A stretch of DNA of 64,000 nucleotides from Perkinsus chesapeaki ATCC PRA-425 (lineage: Eukaryota > Protista > Perkinsozoa), in the NCBI GenBank assembly GCA_013115145.1, contig JAAPAO010000029.1:58995-122994 (forward strand). Reading direction: 5' to 3'. The position numbers and the translations under genes are program-made. The notes under the pieces are model-generated. The model was given only the letters and a program-made list of their open reading frames with translations, was not told the DNA's origin and did no database searches. Shown here in pieces: positions 27,001 through 40,900 of this stretch (position 1 is its first letter; each line of letters opens with the position of its first letter).

Positions 27001-27480
27001 GATGACTTAATAGCGTCAAAACTCTCCAACAATATGGGGATGATATGAAGGCGATAGAGAACTGTGATAGGAAGATACGATAGAGAACTGTGATAGGAAG
27101 ATACGAGGAACTTGAAACACGTGCATTGCCTTCCACGAGCATTGTGCTCCTCCTCCTCCTCTACTCCCTTGGACATACTCACCTAGATTCCACAAGATAA
27201 CTTTATTTCCAGCATCGCACGCCGCAGCGATCAGGGAAGCGTCACTCGAACACGTCATAGCTGTAACAGAGGTTGGAGCCGATGACGAGGATACCGACAG
27301 TGTGCAGACCTGACGGATGCCTTAACACAAAATCGAAGCGACATTCACGTTGTGATTAATTTTATAATTTTGCCAGTTCCGGCGATTCCTTTTCTCTGCG
27401 GCAAGAAAGTGCCCAAAAAGCCGCGGGACGGTGAAGACGTGGCGGCCGGCAAGCCGGAAAACGCCGTATTTGCATTTCAT
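24050..27480 (-). CDS. WD40-repeat protein (multi-exon)
   Basis: Exons SDASLIAAACDAGNKVILWNL, PLLAVGTKRGQLSLWS, PIWTLNWNP, CWHPSGQMVAVAQGDVIQLWD, MEFSHNGEQLAAGTSAGRLVCWD. One stretch resembles IFT122, but orthology is not supported. Ends approximate. Confidence 0.75.
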
Positions 27481-27699
27481 GCATCACTTCACTGGGCTAG
27501 CGTACTTGAATCGGTGACCAAAGAAAACTTGCTGTGAGCCTTCATTGGGAGATCGCCTCGCGGTTTGGAGGATACTACTTACTCTGGCCGTTTCGGAAAG
27601 CATTGACAATAATAGCGTATTTCAAAGCCCAGGAATTCTTATCGTTTTGTACCGACAAGCGCAACAAGCACCCACCTGTGGAGGCTTCTTCTCGCTGAC

Positions 27700-30600
27700 A
27701 GCCACTCGAGCCTAACATTATCGAGTCTACCTAATGACTAAAGCGAATCTGTCTACCTGCTTCATTGCAGCAAACTTCGAACCGGCAGTTACTCTGTGAG
27801 GGAGAGTGTCGGCCAGTAGCGGTAGGGACGAGCACTGCACAATCTGAAGATGATGGCAGAAACATTCAAGTGGAGCGGAAACGTCAACAACCCCGAGAGT
27901 CGAAACCCCGAGTTTTCGAGCTCGCAATCGGAATCTTGTCAAGAGCCGGGAATCAGGCACTTCACCGTCTACTACGGCATCTTTGAGGTAACTCATCACC
28001 TTCGTGAGGGGCACTATACGAGAACAGCCATTCCTCCAAAGGCGGGTGGCTGTAATAATTTCCTACCCTCGGTGGTCGAACAAGTTAAATAAAGAATGCT
28101 CTGACTCGTACACTGTGACATTCGGCCAGCTTACGTTTTTAGCCGACCAACTGGTAACATTCCTCTCCTCAGAATGCTCTCGGCTCCTCTTTCCAGTGCT
28201 GTGAGAATTGCTTCCTGTTGTCTCGAACAAGCTTCCATAGGCTTCCGGAGGAGAGTAAGCATCCACGGTGAACACGACTGAATGGAAAATATTCATAGTG
28301 CGCAGGCGGAAAGATACCCTTACAGTTCGTCGCCGGGACTTGATACGCTAGCTCAGCCTCGGATTTTGTCATTTGGTTTTGCCAGGCGTACATCTCTGCC
28401 TGTTCCACCGAAGCCTGTGAACCTGAGCAACGCACGCTGAAGATTTCCAGGATACCATGGTAGCCGCTCACTCGCAAGACTGTGCGGAATCAAGCTCGTT
28501 GTGTCTGTCAACTGAATCCGCGACTGAGAGGAAAATCATAACAGATTGTCAACGGGCAGGAGAACTTACCGGAAAGCCGAGCTGAGAGACCTGCGATATC
28601 TGACTCGACGAAGACACGAATGCAAGGAACAGATCGTATGCTCGCTGGGTAGCCCGGACCTGAACAATATGAGAAAGGCTGTCCGAATGCCTCATGCACG
28701 GATGGATAATCTCCAAGATGGCATCCAGATAAGGACTGCTCGAAAACGTCAATTTTCGAGAATCCTAGAAATGTATCAGGGCCACTCAAATAGCTGACGA
28801 GCATACTTATGATAAGTGTTACTTATCTTCCAAGAATCTTTGGCGCTCGAGTGAAAGACAGATTACGTATCCTGGCCGGAGAACCTCAAAGCGATGCGAG
28901 GCAAAGTTGATTGACGGGCACGACTACCGAAGGCTTCTGAACCACCGAAACTACCGGGTTCGGCAAACTATCTTGGAGAGTTCAATTCAATCATCTAAGT
29001 TTCTTACTCGTCTTGAATATACTTATCCTGCCTTATTCTCGGAAAGACTAGTCTCAACTGAACGCGAGTTGAGGGCACGCGGAAGACGGCGAGATGAAAT
29101 TCTTCACCGCCCACTCACCGGACACTTGTAGGCTGGATTCCTGTAGTATCGATGCCATAACTTATCTTCACCAATATGCTCCTTTAGATCACCAATACCT
29201 CCCACCTGAAGGGGAGGGAAATCCCAAAACCCGTACACTCACTCGGACAAGTGCCGATTGCTCTGAACTCCCATTCTCAATCAACTACCAATTCCGAAAT
29301 TTTTTTCCATATATTCATCCCGAAGTATACCGGCCTAGCATCCATATAAACTCACTCTGGCCAATTCCACAGCTTCGCTCCGCAGCGTGACGTCGACTGT
29401 ATCCACCAGCTCCTCGGTCAGACCCCTGGCAGTCTCGATGGCATCCGCCGTGTTTTGCCCGAAAAGCCAAACGATCTCAGCTACCTAATACAGAAATATA
29501 TTATAAAAATTATCAATTTAATTTCATTAATGTCGCAGTGTGTCGGGCGGCGGGGGCGCACAGCATGAAAGATGCCCAATAAGGTGCACATCACAATTGT
29601 TAATATTTAATCAATACATTTCATATTTATAATATGAATCAGACACATCCTTAGGAATCGCTTAGATTTTTAATTATCAATATCATTTATTAACAAAGGC
29701 AAGTGGCAAGCAGACTTTCTTTCCCGCAGGGAAGCTCACCTACACATGCGAGGAATATAATAAATCGAACAATTTTATAAATGAACTTGAAACAGATATA
29801 CATGCAACCGCGGATAGCATAGAAAAATGTTGTTATTATTTAATGACGAACCGCTCCGAGGTGCCATCTGACGTATCAGCGTCACTCTTGAGGCAGCCCA
29901 GAGATCGGGAACATAACTCAAGATGATGGGTAGAAGTCAACGTCTCATTTCGAATTTGAACTCCCTTCGCGGGGGGCGATACAAAAAACGCACTTTTCTG
30001 GCGGTCAGCAAAGTCTCCCATCTTTTTGATGAAATTTTTCTTTTCAAAATTTTCCCAAATTTTAGCAAAGTGACGGCTTACGATGATTGGCCAAGATATA
30101 CTGGCCAACTGCCATCGAAGTGCTGCATCAGAGAAGCCTATAGGGAACCGAGCGAGAGCCTCAATGCTCAACTTGACGGATGAAATGTCACGCTGCTCTT
30201 CCATTGCCAAAAACAACACTCCTACTCGGGGCAAATTAGTCAACTCCCCAAGAGACTCCGTCCGTAGTATGGGCCAAGTGCGTTGGAACTTGGCCCTCAC
30301 GGATCTACCTTCTCCTAGGACCTGAGCTCCCAGTAAAACCGAGGCTGGCGGCAGTGGTCACCACAGGCTTCACTGTGCTTAGTCTAGCACCAATCACCGT
30401 CTACAGTATGAATGATGTTATTAAGAAAGTCGTTCTCTCCAGCAAAGTGAATTCCCATAGCGTGTCCTCATGAAAACGAGGGAAATATACGTATCATGCC
30501 ATCCGGTCTTGGAGCAACTGTACGTTACGACAAAAAACTCATCGGGCAGTCGGCGAATGTCTCTCCGTTACCTCAAAAATTGAGATTCTACTGCGCCAGT

Positions 30601-31000
30601 CGGCGACTAACTCAACAAACTGAAACTCTCGGGGAAAATAAACTCGATGAAAAAGCCGTCTGATGAAATGGCCTCAACATGGCATTTCGTGGCGCGTGAC
30701 GATCTACAGCTCATCAGCTGTATTTTCTCCTCCTTGAGATTTCAGCATCTCCTCGCTCCGCTCGCGCATAAGCTGACGGTTCGTGTTGCCCGGCTGGCAG
30801 GTATTGTCCGTGTAGTACTGAAATCAACACGATTTAAGGAAGGAGCGGTATGAGATAACATACTCACCCAAAAACTTCTTCCTTTTCTATAGTCTCCGAC
30901 AAGTATCATTTTCAGCATTTCTCGACGACCACCAGCTGTTGCCGAAACGCAGTGCACGGCCGAATTGGGACGAACCAACGTAACTACACGAAGACTCTTT
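27700..31000 (-). CDS. One or more hypothetical multi-exon genes
   Basis: Exon-like frames with gtgagt donors, e.g. VAEIVWLFGQNTADAIETARGLTEELVDTV.., VGGIGDLKEHIGEDKLWHRYYRNPAYKCP, FAEPGSFGGSEAFG, and ORF 29836-30300. No family recognised. Confidence 0.4.
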
Positions 31001-31160
31001 ACCGAATCAAAACACCCACGACGCCCGCCTTTCCAGGCGATGTGGAAGGCGAAAATAAGTGAACACAAAATACCAGGGACTACGCAGACTGAGCAGGAGC
31101 TTCCCAAGGTAGGACTGGTATACAACAGATATATAGAGGGTACTCAGAAGCCTATCAGGA

Positions 31161-31260
31161 AGGATATATAAGACACTAGTAGGTATTAGAGGGAATGAAG
31201 AGGATGAACAAGACAGTATTAGGTATTAGAGGGAATGAAGAGGATGAACAAGACAGTATT
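31161..31260. repeat. 40-bp tandem duplication (aggtattagagggaatgaagaggatgaacaagacagtatt x2)
   Basis: Directly visible, about 31181-31260. Confidence 0.8.
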
Positions 31261-31499
31261 AAACCGACAAGTTGAAGACGATGTGGAAGTACTTGATAAT
31301 GAGCTTCCAAGACATTTTGATACAGAACTAAACCAATCACATTCTTGTAGGTGAATCAACCGATCATATCTTGTATGCGGTCACCGGCGTAGATTAAAAT
31401 CCGAATAATAATTTTTATCGAGGTCTTTGCATAAATAATACAAACTTTATATACCCCCAAACAGAGACATCTAACTCGGCGAATCAGACCTCAATCTTG

Positions 31500-33310
31500 G
31501 AAGACAGGATTTCTGCAAATTTCTAATTTCCTGATTTCTGAATGAGGAGCATCGGCTCACCGGAGTTGGCTTTCGTCAGAACTGCCCGTTCCTTGCCAGC
31601 TTTATCCCACCACTTAAATTCACATTTCGATTCTGGCGAGTTAGAAACAGTTACGACAACTTCCCAATCGTTAGTGTTGTTAGCGTACATCTGCAGGTCT
31701 GAATGGCACGGCATACCTGCAGCACACAATTATCTTGCACGCATGCGCACGGCCATCTGGCAGTTTCCCAGTCACGATCTGCATTGCGGCAACGCTGAGA
31801 CGGAACATCACCCCTCACCAGCACTCTCCTGGCCGTATTCTCTCAGCTCCATGGGAAAGTCGGAACCCCAGAGGGCTCCGGCCTCAGTCACCTGACCACC
31901 AATACACCAATGACACAGGGGCCCAGGTAGGCGTGGGAATAAACAGACCGATGTTAGTTGGGAGATAACTCACCATTTGAAGCGACTGCAGCAAAAACGA
32001 GAAATTGTGTTTTGAGATTAGAAATAATAGAAAATATTAAAATGGAGAAGATGGCAAAAACTAATGATAAGAAATCGAAAAATAAAGGAAAGTAGTATTT
32101 CATAATTATTTTACTCAACTATATCGACAAATCGATTATACTTTCTTACAAGAGATGCCCACAATCTGAAGTTGCCTCCAAATATCAAACGATATAGATC
32201 AGACTTGTATCCAATGTACCTAATAGTTACTCCAAACGCTATCATCGACTCCCCCGATCATCATCACAGGACACCACAGAACACCAAGCCCCGAGTCCAG
32301 CAGTACAGGAGGACACACACGCCCTTAACCACCATACATTCACTCATCAGTTGTATTTAATTCTTAGCAATTGCCCGAGGAGCAATGTCACTTTGAAAAG
32401 TAAAATTTGTTCTTCACGCAGTGGGAGCGACAGATCTCTCACCTAGAGCTAAATAATATCATAACAGTCTCACAGCCATCACGGCTAATAGTCCCAAAAG
32501 ATATGCAACTTGTATGTTAGAGCATATAACATCAACCTTGCTATGGAGGACATCGAAGATTAAGGCAACAATAACTCATCTCATTAATTAAATAACGGTC
32601 CAAATTGAGCACCTTACCCGCCCATTCGATCTTTGCCATCAAGATTGCAGTTTGCCTCCATTCCGTGAGTTTCATTCTCTCCAGTTCTCCAAAGTCTCTC
32701 TGCTTCAAAAAGTATCTAGGACACCCATTAAATGCAGGCTTCAACCTCGGATGCGCCCTATAACTCCCTCTGTTCCACTTCTCACCTGCTCGAATGTGTC
32801 ATCCATAAAAGCGTTTTCAGTGTAAACTGCATAATCGTTCTTCACCAGGTTTTTGTGGCTTTCTTTCACAGCGTCTCTCCCTGTGTGGTCAGGAGCAATT
32901 CCAGAGAGTCGGCCAGAAGCCAGTTTCAGGGCCGCGCGGGTATAGTAGTCTGGTGATGAATGTGCTGGCCTGGAACGGACGCAAAGCCAGGAAATAAATC
33001 TCGCCAATCACTCATTTGGCACCAAGTCCAAACTCGCGAATCACCAAGGCCCCAGAAAATCCACAAGGCTCGAAACTTTTCACTGCGCCACGAAATTCGC
33101 ACCTGTTCAAAGAGTCATCTTCAGGCGGCGGGATGTCACAGTCAATAGGGTCCCTCACAGTTGGGGATGTGTCTCGGGGATCTCGAATCACCATGAGCCT
33201 GCAAAAACCCATGTACATGCGTGCAACCTTCATGCAACATTTCTTAGGTACTAACAGACCATGTTACTGAGTTTCCTACGAGTGTGACTACTTTTGACGA
33301 GCCCCGTCGT
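31500..33310 (-). CDS. Hypothetical multi-exon protein
   Basis: Consecutive GT-AG-flanked exons: KVARMYMGFCRLMVIRDPRD.., PDYYTRAALKLASG..YTENAFMDDTFEQ, YFLKQRDFGELERMKLTEW, YIGYKSDLYRLIFGGNFRLW, MPCHSDLQMYANNTNDWEVVVTV. No family recognised. Confidence 0.5.
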
Positions 33311-33749
33311 GGCCATCGCCCCCTACATTTCGAATTGTGTGCCTTCTCTCTAAATTTCATCGTGTGTATGATACAGGTGTATACAGTGTATAAGATACAC
33401 AGTGTATCCTTTCCCTCTCCCATTAGGAGCCCGTAACAGTTTTAGTATCATACCACAGGAGGACGAGACGATGAGTATAACGGTCGCCGTGTTTTGTGGC
33501 GCGCGGTTTACGATTCAATGGCAAACTCTGGGAATGGCTGCTCATTTAGTGACATTTCCATGAGAATTTAGTGGCACGGTCTGGCGATGTCACATTCTTA
33601 TACAAAAACCAGACACTCTACGAAACAACGGGACCGATAATGATCGTTTTTACACGAGCAAAAACGTCACGCAAACGTACTTTTTCGCCTCGGCACATTT
33701 GGCAAGCTGTTCATAGCCAAAAAGCCTAATGTCACCCTTGCTTGCTAAC

Positions 33750-35948
33750 AATATACCATCATTCTCCATCGTCAATACTGTACGACCGGGGACAACCTGC
33801 ACGCAATAAAACAAAACGAAATTCTTGCTTCGCTCCGCTAGGAAAATATCCTACTCGATTGCTGAATACCGTCGCTCCAGTATATCGTTTAGTGCGTTCG
33901 GCGATGCTTGCAGAAGTGACCAGCCACTTAGCAGCCAATCCCTTAACCATGATCTAAAAACAGAGACAAATGCTGCTGGTGGGATTCGAACCCGGGACCT
34001 CTGATAAGCCGCCTCACCTTGTCCAGGTCTCTCCTTTTCTTAACAACTATTCCCATCTTGGCTTTTCCACCAACCACTTGGTCTTTACGATTTGCTGCAT
34101 CTTCGATATCGTCGAATATTACTCCGGCGGAACAGGAGCCAAGGTCAACCTCTGGATTCGCCGCAAAACACGGCATGCTCAACCTGAACCAGGACTCGAG
34201 GAGACACTGGAGGGAAGCTAACGTTAGCATGCCATATCCTGGCAACAGGTAGACGGTTTCAGCTGCTAACTAGATATCCAAATATATAAGATATTAACCA
34301 ATATTAGTCACACCATTGTATAGTATATCCTTATTAGTTACATTCTTACCAAGTTTATCAAAATTATATAATTACAAATTTAATTATAATTCATTAATTA
34401 CGATAATTGTACCGAAAGTGGTGCCCACTTGCGAAAGTGAGTACAGTGTCCCAGTTCGTTACGTGGTAGAAGGAAAAACAAGATTCCCGGACGGTCCCTC
34501 CCCGAAAACAGCTTTCAATAGCCGAGACTCACTCCAATTTTGATAAGGAAAACTCTCCTCGATGAAAACTGCGAAGTATATATTCTCTACAATTTGCTGC
34601 GTAGTACAGGGTTCCCCCCCCCACCCACTTGGCACTGTTATCATCCCGGTCTGTTTCCATCTCACTTCCTGTAATCTTGCCAAGCGGATTCAATCCGAAA
34701 TCGGTGATAAAACTTTTTATATCATCTCTAAATTGATGCGTCAACACATTTAACTTGAACCTAAAGAACTCGGGTATCCATTCCCGCTGCAAATGCCGCG
34801 CGCCCCGAAACTCGAAGCCATCCGATCAGGCAGTTCATATTTAACACAACCTCTCCCGTCTATATATCTATCGTTATGCAGTTTTTACAGCTGTTACTAG
34901 CTAATAAAACTAACTATATAGGAGAGTGACTCTCCGAGAGTCTCCTATGTAGTTACTTTTATTACTGTTTCAATTTAGTTATTAATTGTCTTATTTGTTT
35001 AATTATATTATTAGTATGTTTACCAAGGAGACATACTAATATATACTATAACCATCATATCGTTATCAGTTACATCCAAACACCCTACAGTTCAGATGAG
35101 CCCCCCCCTTACAGTTCATCTCTGGCTTCTAATATGGCCTCCGATTGTGCCTCGAGATCTCTTAGCCAGGCCCAGAATAACGGCGTAGCCTCCTCACCAA
35201 GTGACAACAGCGCGCGGGACAAATGACGCATTGTGTATCTGAAAGTTTTCCTTAATGCTACAGAACACTGTATTCATACTAGGAATATCTTAGCTCTACC
35301 CATGCACTCTGGGCTAGGGTAATTCAACAATGCCGATGACGTTATGTAATGTTGTCAATCCATTACGTGAATAATCACTCATAAAAAACTGACGTGGCAC
35401 TCGACCATCATACGCGCCAAGGAAGCCCTACGAACCATCTCCTGGGGACTACGAGCTAACCATAAATCACGCCGCTCTGGCATATCCAGGGACGATTAGT
35501 AGAACACGTACACTTCTATGACGATGCTCCGATAGGCGTACTCGACTATAACGACTCTGATTCGCCTAATCTTGTTGGGTGATCCAACCTACTGCGGGCT
35601 GCATGATACTGGCCGTAGTGTTCGATGTGCCCGGGCATTTTCTTAAATTTCCAAGTCGGATATTTCCAGGAAGATACTCGAAACGTTGGATTGGCAGCAT
35701 ATATAATGTAGTAGATACTGCAGAAGTATATATTATAATCTTTGTGGTGTGATCTTAGCTCTCAATGCACCACGATTTAGTTGAGTAACTTACAAAGTTG
35801 TGGCGACCTCCGCGATGTTGAGCTCCTCCTTACTATCCGCCCAGTCACCCAAAGCTCGCAGGCCTGCTGCAGCTGACTTCATATTATTCCCATCACCGCT
35901 GGTGAGGAGGACCAACAAGACCGCGGATAGTAAGCAGATTATTTTCAT
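33750..35948 (-). CDS. Hypothetical secreted protein (multi-exon)
   Basis: N-terminal signal-peptide-like MKIICLLSAVLLVLLTSGDG, followed by exons such as RYTMRHLSRALLSLGEEATPLFWAWLRDLE, EWIPEFFRFKLNVLTHQFRDDIK and GVIFDDIEDAANRKD. Confidence 0.45.
34911..34955. repeat. Short intronic inverted repeat/hairpin
   Basis: Arms taactatataggaga and tctcctatgtagtta (15 bp, one G-T pair) enclose a nested palindrome gactctc-c-gagagtc. Confidence 0.7.
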
Positions 35949-36029
35949 TGAAAAAAGATGCTTAACTTTTGAGACACATTCCTTGCCATCGTTCACCGGT
36001 CGGAAGGTCTATCGGTCTTTCCGATCACC

Positions 36030-39000
36030 GGCGATGCCCTATACAATGCCCCGGGCAGCAGACATCCGCCGGAGTGCTGCCGAATTCCTCTATTGTCTTC
36101 AGCACCATGTCTGGGAGGGCATTACTATTAATTTCGGAGACTCCAACTCGACGACGCCAAGGCGGATACAGAAAGCGGACTCATAGCGGAGTAGCATGCC
36201 GATGACGTGTGGCTTCATTAGAACTAATAAATTATATTATGCCGGGACCAAGAATCGAACCTGGGCCATCGGTTGCACAAACCTAACATAGTCGATGCTG
36301 AATTGAACGATCCCCAGTAGCATTGGACTTTGTGTCATCAGAGCTGTCTTTGGCCTCCCCCACCTGCTCGCCTGTCTCCGCTGTCTGCGTTTTCTGCAGT
36401 TCCTTCACCAACTGTCTTCTTAACACTCGTTTCTCGTCATCTGTTAGCTCCAACTTGGCATTGAGAACCTTTATCGTTTCAAGTCCATGAGCAGATATAA
36501 TTAAGCTGCAAGCTTGACCTGTATGATGGCACATAGGTCAGCCACACAAGAGAATCGAATATCCAAGCCCTGAGCTCGAAGCTGGTTCAGAAGGTATCTG
36601 AAAGATACCACCTTGTGGAAATAGCGGCCCGTTTAGTATGTTTTAATCTTGAGCCATCCCTTGTCCCATGCTCCGGTCACATTACGCCCACTGCTGGGAA
36701 TAAGAACACGCCCCCTTCTGCCGGAAGGATTAGAAGTAGAACTGTAGAAGACGTTACAAACGATGTCCAAGTTACCTGTTATTTTTCACTAGATGAACCT
36801 TGACATTTTTCACCATATCGAGCCACTTGCCATAGGGGCCATAGTGGCCGCAAACAGCAACCAAAATTTTCCTTTTCCCGCGCCACCGGATTCCAATTTT
36901 ATCGGTTTCCTACTTCCTCCGGTCCTTGGGATACTTCGCCAAGTTAGCGTTGGTCGTCTGCAGAACCTCTCTGACCGACCACGTATTGCCTGATCGGCCT
37001 CACACAAGTTCAATCCCGGCACATGTCATTTTACTTGAATTATTTTCATTCATTTCTGCAGCGGCAAACACGAGCTTGTCGACAGTTGTCGTCATCGGAA
37101 CGACAATTCCATCGCTGACCTTATCAACAACTGACGGCTCTGAAAGATACCCGCCGAGTATCTTTGCGCACTGCGAAGATTTTCGTATATCTCACCGCAG
37201 GCAATGTTGTTGATGTTGTTGTTGTCCATAATAGCTATCCGTTCCAATAACGCTTGGTTCGTCCTCGCCAATCTTTTACACATGCTCTCCCAGTCGACTC
37301 TATCATTGCATCGAACCTGTCTTAAGATTCCCACCAGACCGGTATGCCCCAATGTCGTCCATCAATACAAATGCTACGCCGGTGCGTACACAGAGTTGGT
37401 GGAAGGAACAATAATAATAAGTAAAGCGCCTATCCGGCACCTCAACCCATTGTGGTTGGTGGGAAGAGGAGGCTCGGTCATTTAACGTTCTTCCTTTGAG
37501 TCCTTTAGCGGCTTTTCCAACATGGCATCTTTTGTACTTCTCAAATGAACTCACATTATTGACGAGCCGCGAGCATCTCTGTGCAAATCGACAAGTCGCC
37601 ACACTCTCATCGAACGTGTCCAAGTTGACAGATAGATTTGCAACCATCACTGTCATGCAGTTACCAGCCAGCGAGTCCCTTAAAATCTACAACAGGCCTA
37701 TCAACTTGCTCGACGCTCCTGCCCCACCGATGTCAGCAGTGAGTTTCTGTATGGCACATGGAACCTCTGCCCGCTCGCCTTCAGATGCAGGCTGTTTATG
37801 ACTTGCTCTAGAAAATGCAGCGATCGATTTATATATTTAGCTTCTTGTAAAACCTAATAGACGGGAATGCTTCCGTTTAAAATTCCACGAAAATGCGTAT
37901 TCAATTAGTCGCCATGCAATCTTACATCGTGGTAAAAAACGCCCAACTTCTGCGATTTCCCGGTGAACTCGAATTTCAGGCAAGCGGCCGCCCGATCGGC
38001 TACCATTGGAGTTTCGCCGAATGCTGCAACCATTCTGGGTTTCTTTTATCGGTCAGCGTGTAGAAAGATCCTCAATAGCAATATTAAATATTACCATGGC
38101 TTAATTGATCTGTGTATTTAAGATATTCAATAACATATACTAACATTATAATGAATATTTAATTTGACTTTTTTCATGGAATTTATATACCATCTGGAGA
38201 GCTGATTTCATATAGGGTACACAAAGGGTATTGAAGAAGAACAACCTCAAGTTAATTCAATTTCAACTTGTCATTTACAAGATCTTACCGATTCTCCCCG
38301 GCGGCAGCTCCGCGATTCGAGCTCTATTAGCCCTCGTCAAGCTAGTTTTGAACGAACACTTCGACTTTTCGATACCTTAAATCTCACCTGGGAGTTCAAA
38401 CTATTCTTCCACACTCTCTCACTGCCAGCCAGATCAACCAAATGCAACTTCCATTTCCTCAACAAATCAGTGCCGCGGCTTGGAGTGCGCTGAGTAACAC
38501 CGGAATACTCCACAATGAAAAATTAGCGAACCGACTACTTGTTCAACTTGCAAAGTGAAGATCGTGTGACTCCTGCTGGATGCCATATTGGCACTAGTAC
38601 TAGATACCATCCTATTAACCTAAAAAGAATCTTACATCAGTCTGACATCAATAATTGTAACAAACAGGCCACCCCTCCGAGATATTCCTCAAGTTGATGG
38701 TAAGTCTGGTAAACTAGAATATATTGTTATAAGTGAAGTCTGCCCTATCTCACTAACTATGAGCCCAATCTATAATTGTTGTTTCAAAATGACTAAGCTA
38801 TCCAAAACGGGATACTGCAAGTACTCTACACATTAGCAATTCTGCACAAGGATAGATTCTTACAACATTCTGGAACATCCAGTGAATTCTGCCGAACTAT
38901 CATTCCCGCCGGAAAGAGAGACACTCGGAGTCGATTTGAATCCATTGTTCCACGATTTCTTTCTCTCGCCCCAATTCTCTCTCGACAATTCCTGTCTACT

Positions 39001-40900
39001 GAACAATTGTAGCACCATCGTATTACTAGCTCCCTTTACTTTACTCATTCTCTTTACTGCCCTACCCTTCTGAGCCCAATCCATAATTGTTGTGTTATAA
39101 CAACTACAACTATGCTACCCATAAGCAGGCACCCTCTCGCCAAGCCCATCGGCCATTACATTTCCCAACATGAACAGGTCCAAAGCCTCATCTTCATTCT
39201 CAGTAGGATGATGTGTTAAATTCTTCAATACAATCTCACCTTCCACACCTTCCATAATACTAACCTATATACAAATCTTGCACCCACTTGGATTTCCTCA
39301 ACGCTCAAGTCTCACTCTGGGCCACTGTTCAATCGGAGTTTTAGGATTCACGCTGTCTCCTAGAAGATCATACGCGTTCTCATTGTAAACTTCCAAGTAG
39401 CTCACACACACCTAATGGATATCCTAAAATCGAGCACGTGATCGATTTGCCTCTTTACGCTAGCTATGCTGCCAGGTACCGTTTTCTGGTGCTTTTTGAT
39501 GGCCGTAAATATCTCTTCAATGCACCTCGGTATAATCCCTCTCGAATGATACCCTTCTCCTCCGCTCATCGTGTACCTCAATTTTGACCATAAGAATTTC
39601 AGTCTCAATGAACAATATTCTATAGACAATCTCGCTATACCAGCAGCTGCGCGGAGGGCCACCACAGTGGAACAGCTGTTGAATTCAGGCAGTCAGCTGC
39701 TCACTCCAGATCCTGTCTGGACCAAAGTCACCAACTTGTCCACAGCAGCTATGGCCTATCAGCAATTTGCTGTATCAATGCATGCAAGGGTTCTCTATTG
39801 AGGTGGCTCCCTAAAACTGAAGTCCTATCTACAATCCTAAAGGCTTTAGACCGGAGAGCCAGTAGGAAGTGCGGTGGGACCTAGTTCTACTACTACTTGG
39901 GATGAGCCGCTCCTACCAATTGAGAAGGAAGTATCCACAATTTCTCGACACTCGCTAGAGCTCTGGTCGGGCACGTAATGACCAGGTCGACTCTAACCGT
40001 TTCAGATCCCACTCAATTCCTGGCGAATGTACCGCCGTCGAGCTGGGCTTGGATTTTATCAACCTCACGTCGAATAAAAGTTACCAAAAAGTTTACATCG
40101 CGAGACTACCAACACTCGACGCTTACCGCGAGCCGAAAAATTTTTTTCTTCCCGAAATTTTACCAAATTTTTCCCACAAAAATTTCCCGTGTTTTAGTGA
40201 AGAATTATACAGCTCCTCCCTCCACCACTTACGTTTTGCCACTTCCGGTTTGGCCGTAGCAAAATATACACCTGAAACGGCAATTACCAAAGACACGACT
40301 AAATTCCGAAGGATAAAAATTGAACGGCCTGACACTTCCCTGATAATCTGGGCATATTAGGATCATCTATTGTGATAATGTCTAACAGTCCGGCAACTTC
40401 CTAGAGGCTCTTAAAGAGGGGCCCGCCAGATGGGCGATGGCAAGAGGCCTGCCGCCACTCAGGTGTGAGCTTACCGAAGATACTCTCAGCAAGGCCGTCC
40501 CCTCCCTACCCGTTATGACCTCGCATACAGCTTTCCAGTACAGGCATTGCTACCTCCTTGAATGTTGCCTCCTGACCAGCTTCAGGCCCCAAGACACGAT
40601 GGAAGGGAAAGAAATACCTATTAAGGGAAGTTGGCGTTGATGGCTTGTTCATCTACTCTCGAATGTTCATCAGGGCTCGCTACATGCCCGTAAGGTTAAT
40701 TTTAAACAATAACAAATTGCATGTAAAAAATATAATATAGAACTTTTGACGAAAAATACGTTCCTAGCGCATAAATAAATATCAGCTTGTGCATCGGGAG
40801 CCTCCGGTACTACTCTATGACTCCTAGATACCAGTGATTCCGAATAATACAAATCCACAAGCACTTCAAAGCCCACCACCCCTCAGTACGTTTCCCGCTC
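36030..40900 (-). CDS. Kinesin heavy chain, KIF6/kinesin-9-like (N-terminal motor, coiled-coil tail); may extend 5' to about 42090
   Basis: FPFHRVLGPEAGQEATF, CYGQTGSGKT (P-loop, about 40230-40270), RGIIPR, YLEVYNENAYDLL, NMASSRSHTIFTL, LHLVDLAGSER, HVPYRNSLLT, LRDSLAGNCMTVMVAN and TCRFAQR. A KTFARLRP motif near 41930 could be the true first motor exon. Confidence 0.88.
38740..39107. repeat. Dispersed ~320-bp intronic repeat, copy 1 (kinesin intron)
   Basis: Block 38791-38972 matches 61931-62112 with 3 mismatches in 182 bp. Block 38985-39107 matches 61802-61930, so the block order is swapped. Confidence 0.92.

Noticed and set aside
27050-27110. 26-bp tandem duplication gatagagaactgtgataggaagatac
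   Set aside because: A simple local intronic duplication. It explains the repeated peptide text in the ORF track and is not a coding repeat.
36240-36320. Possible tRNA-His(GTG) on the minus strand
   Set aside because: The acceptor stem does not pair at its 5' end, the D-arm region is too long, and the 5' part overlaps kinesin coding sequence. Only the 3' half is tRNA-like.
40130-40200. Phased A/T tracts (also near 30030-30065) suggesting bent DNA
   Set aside because: Short, low-complexity intronic sequence with no evidence of function.
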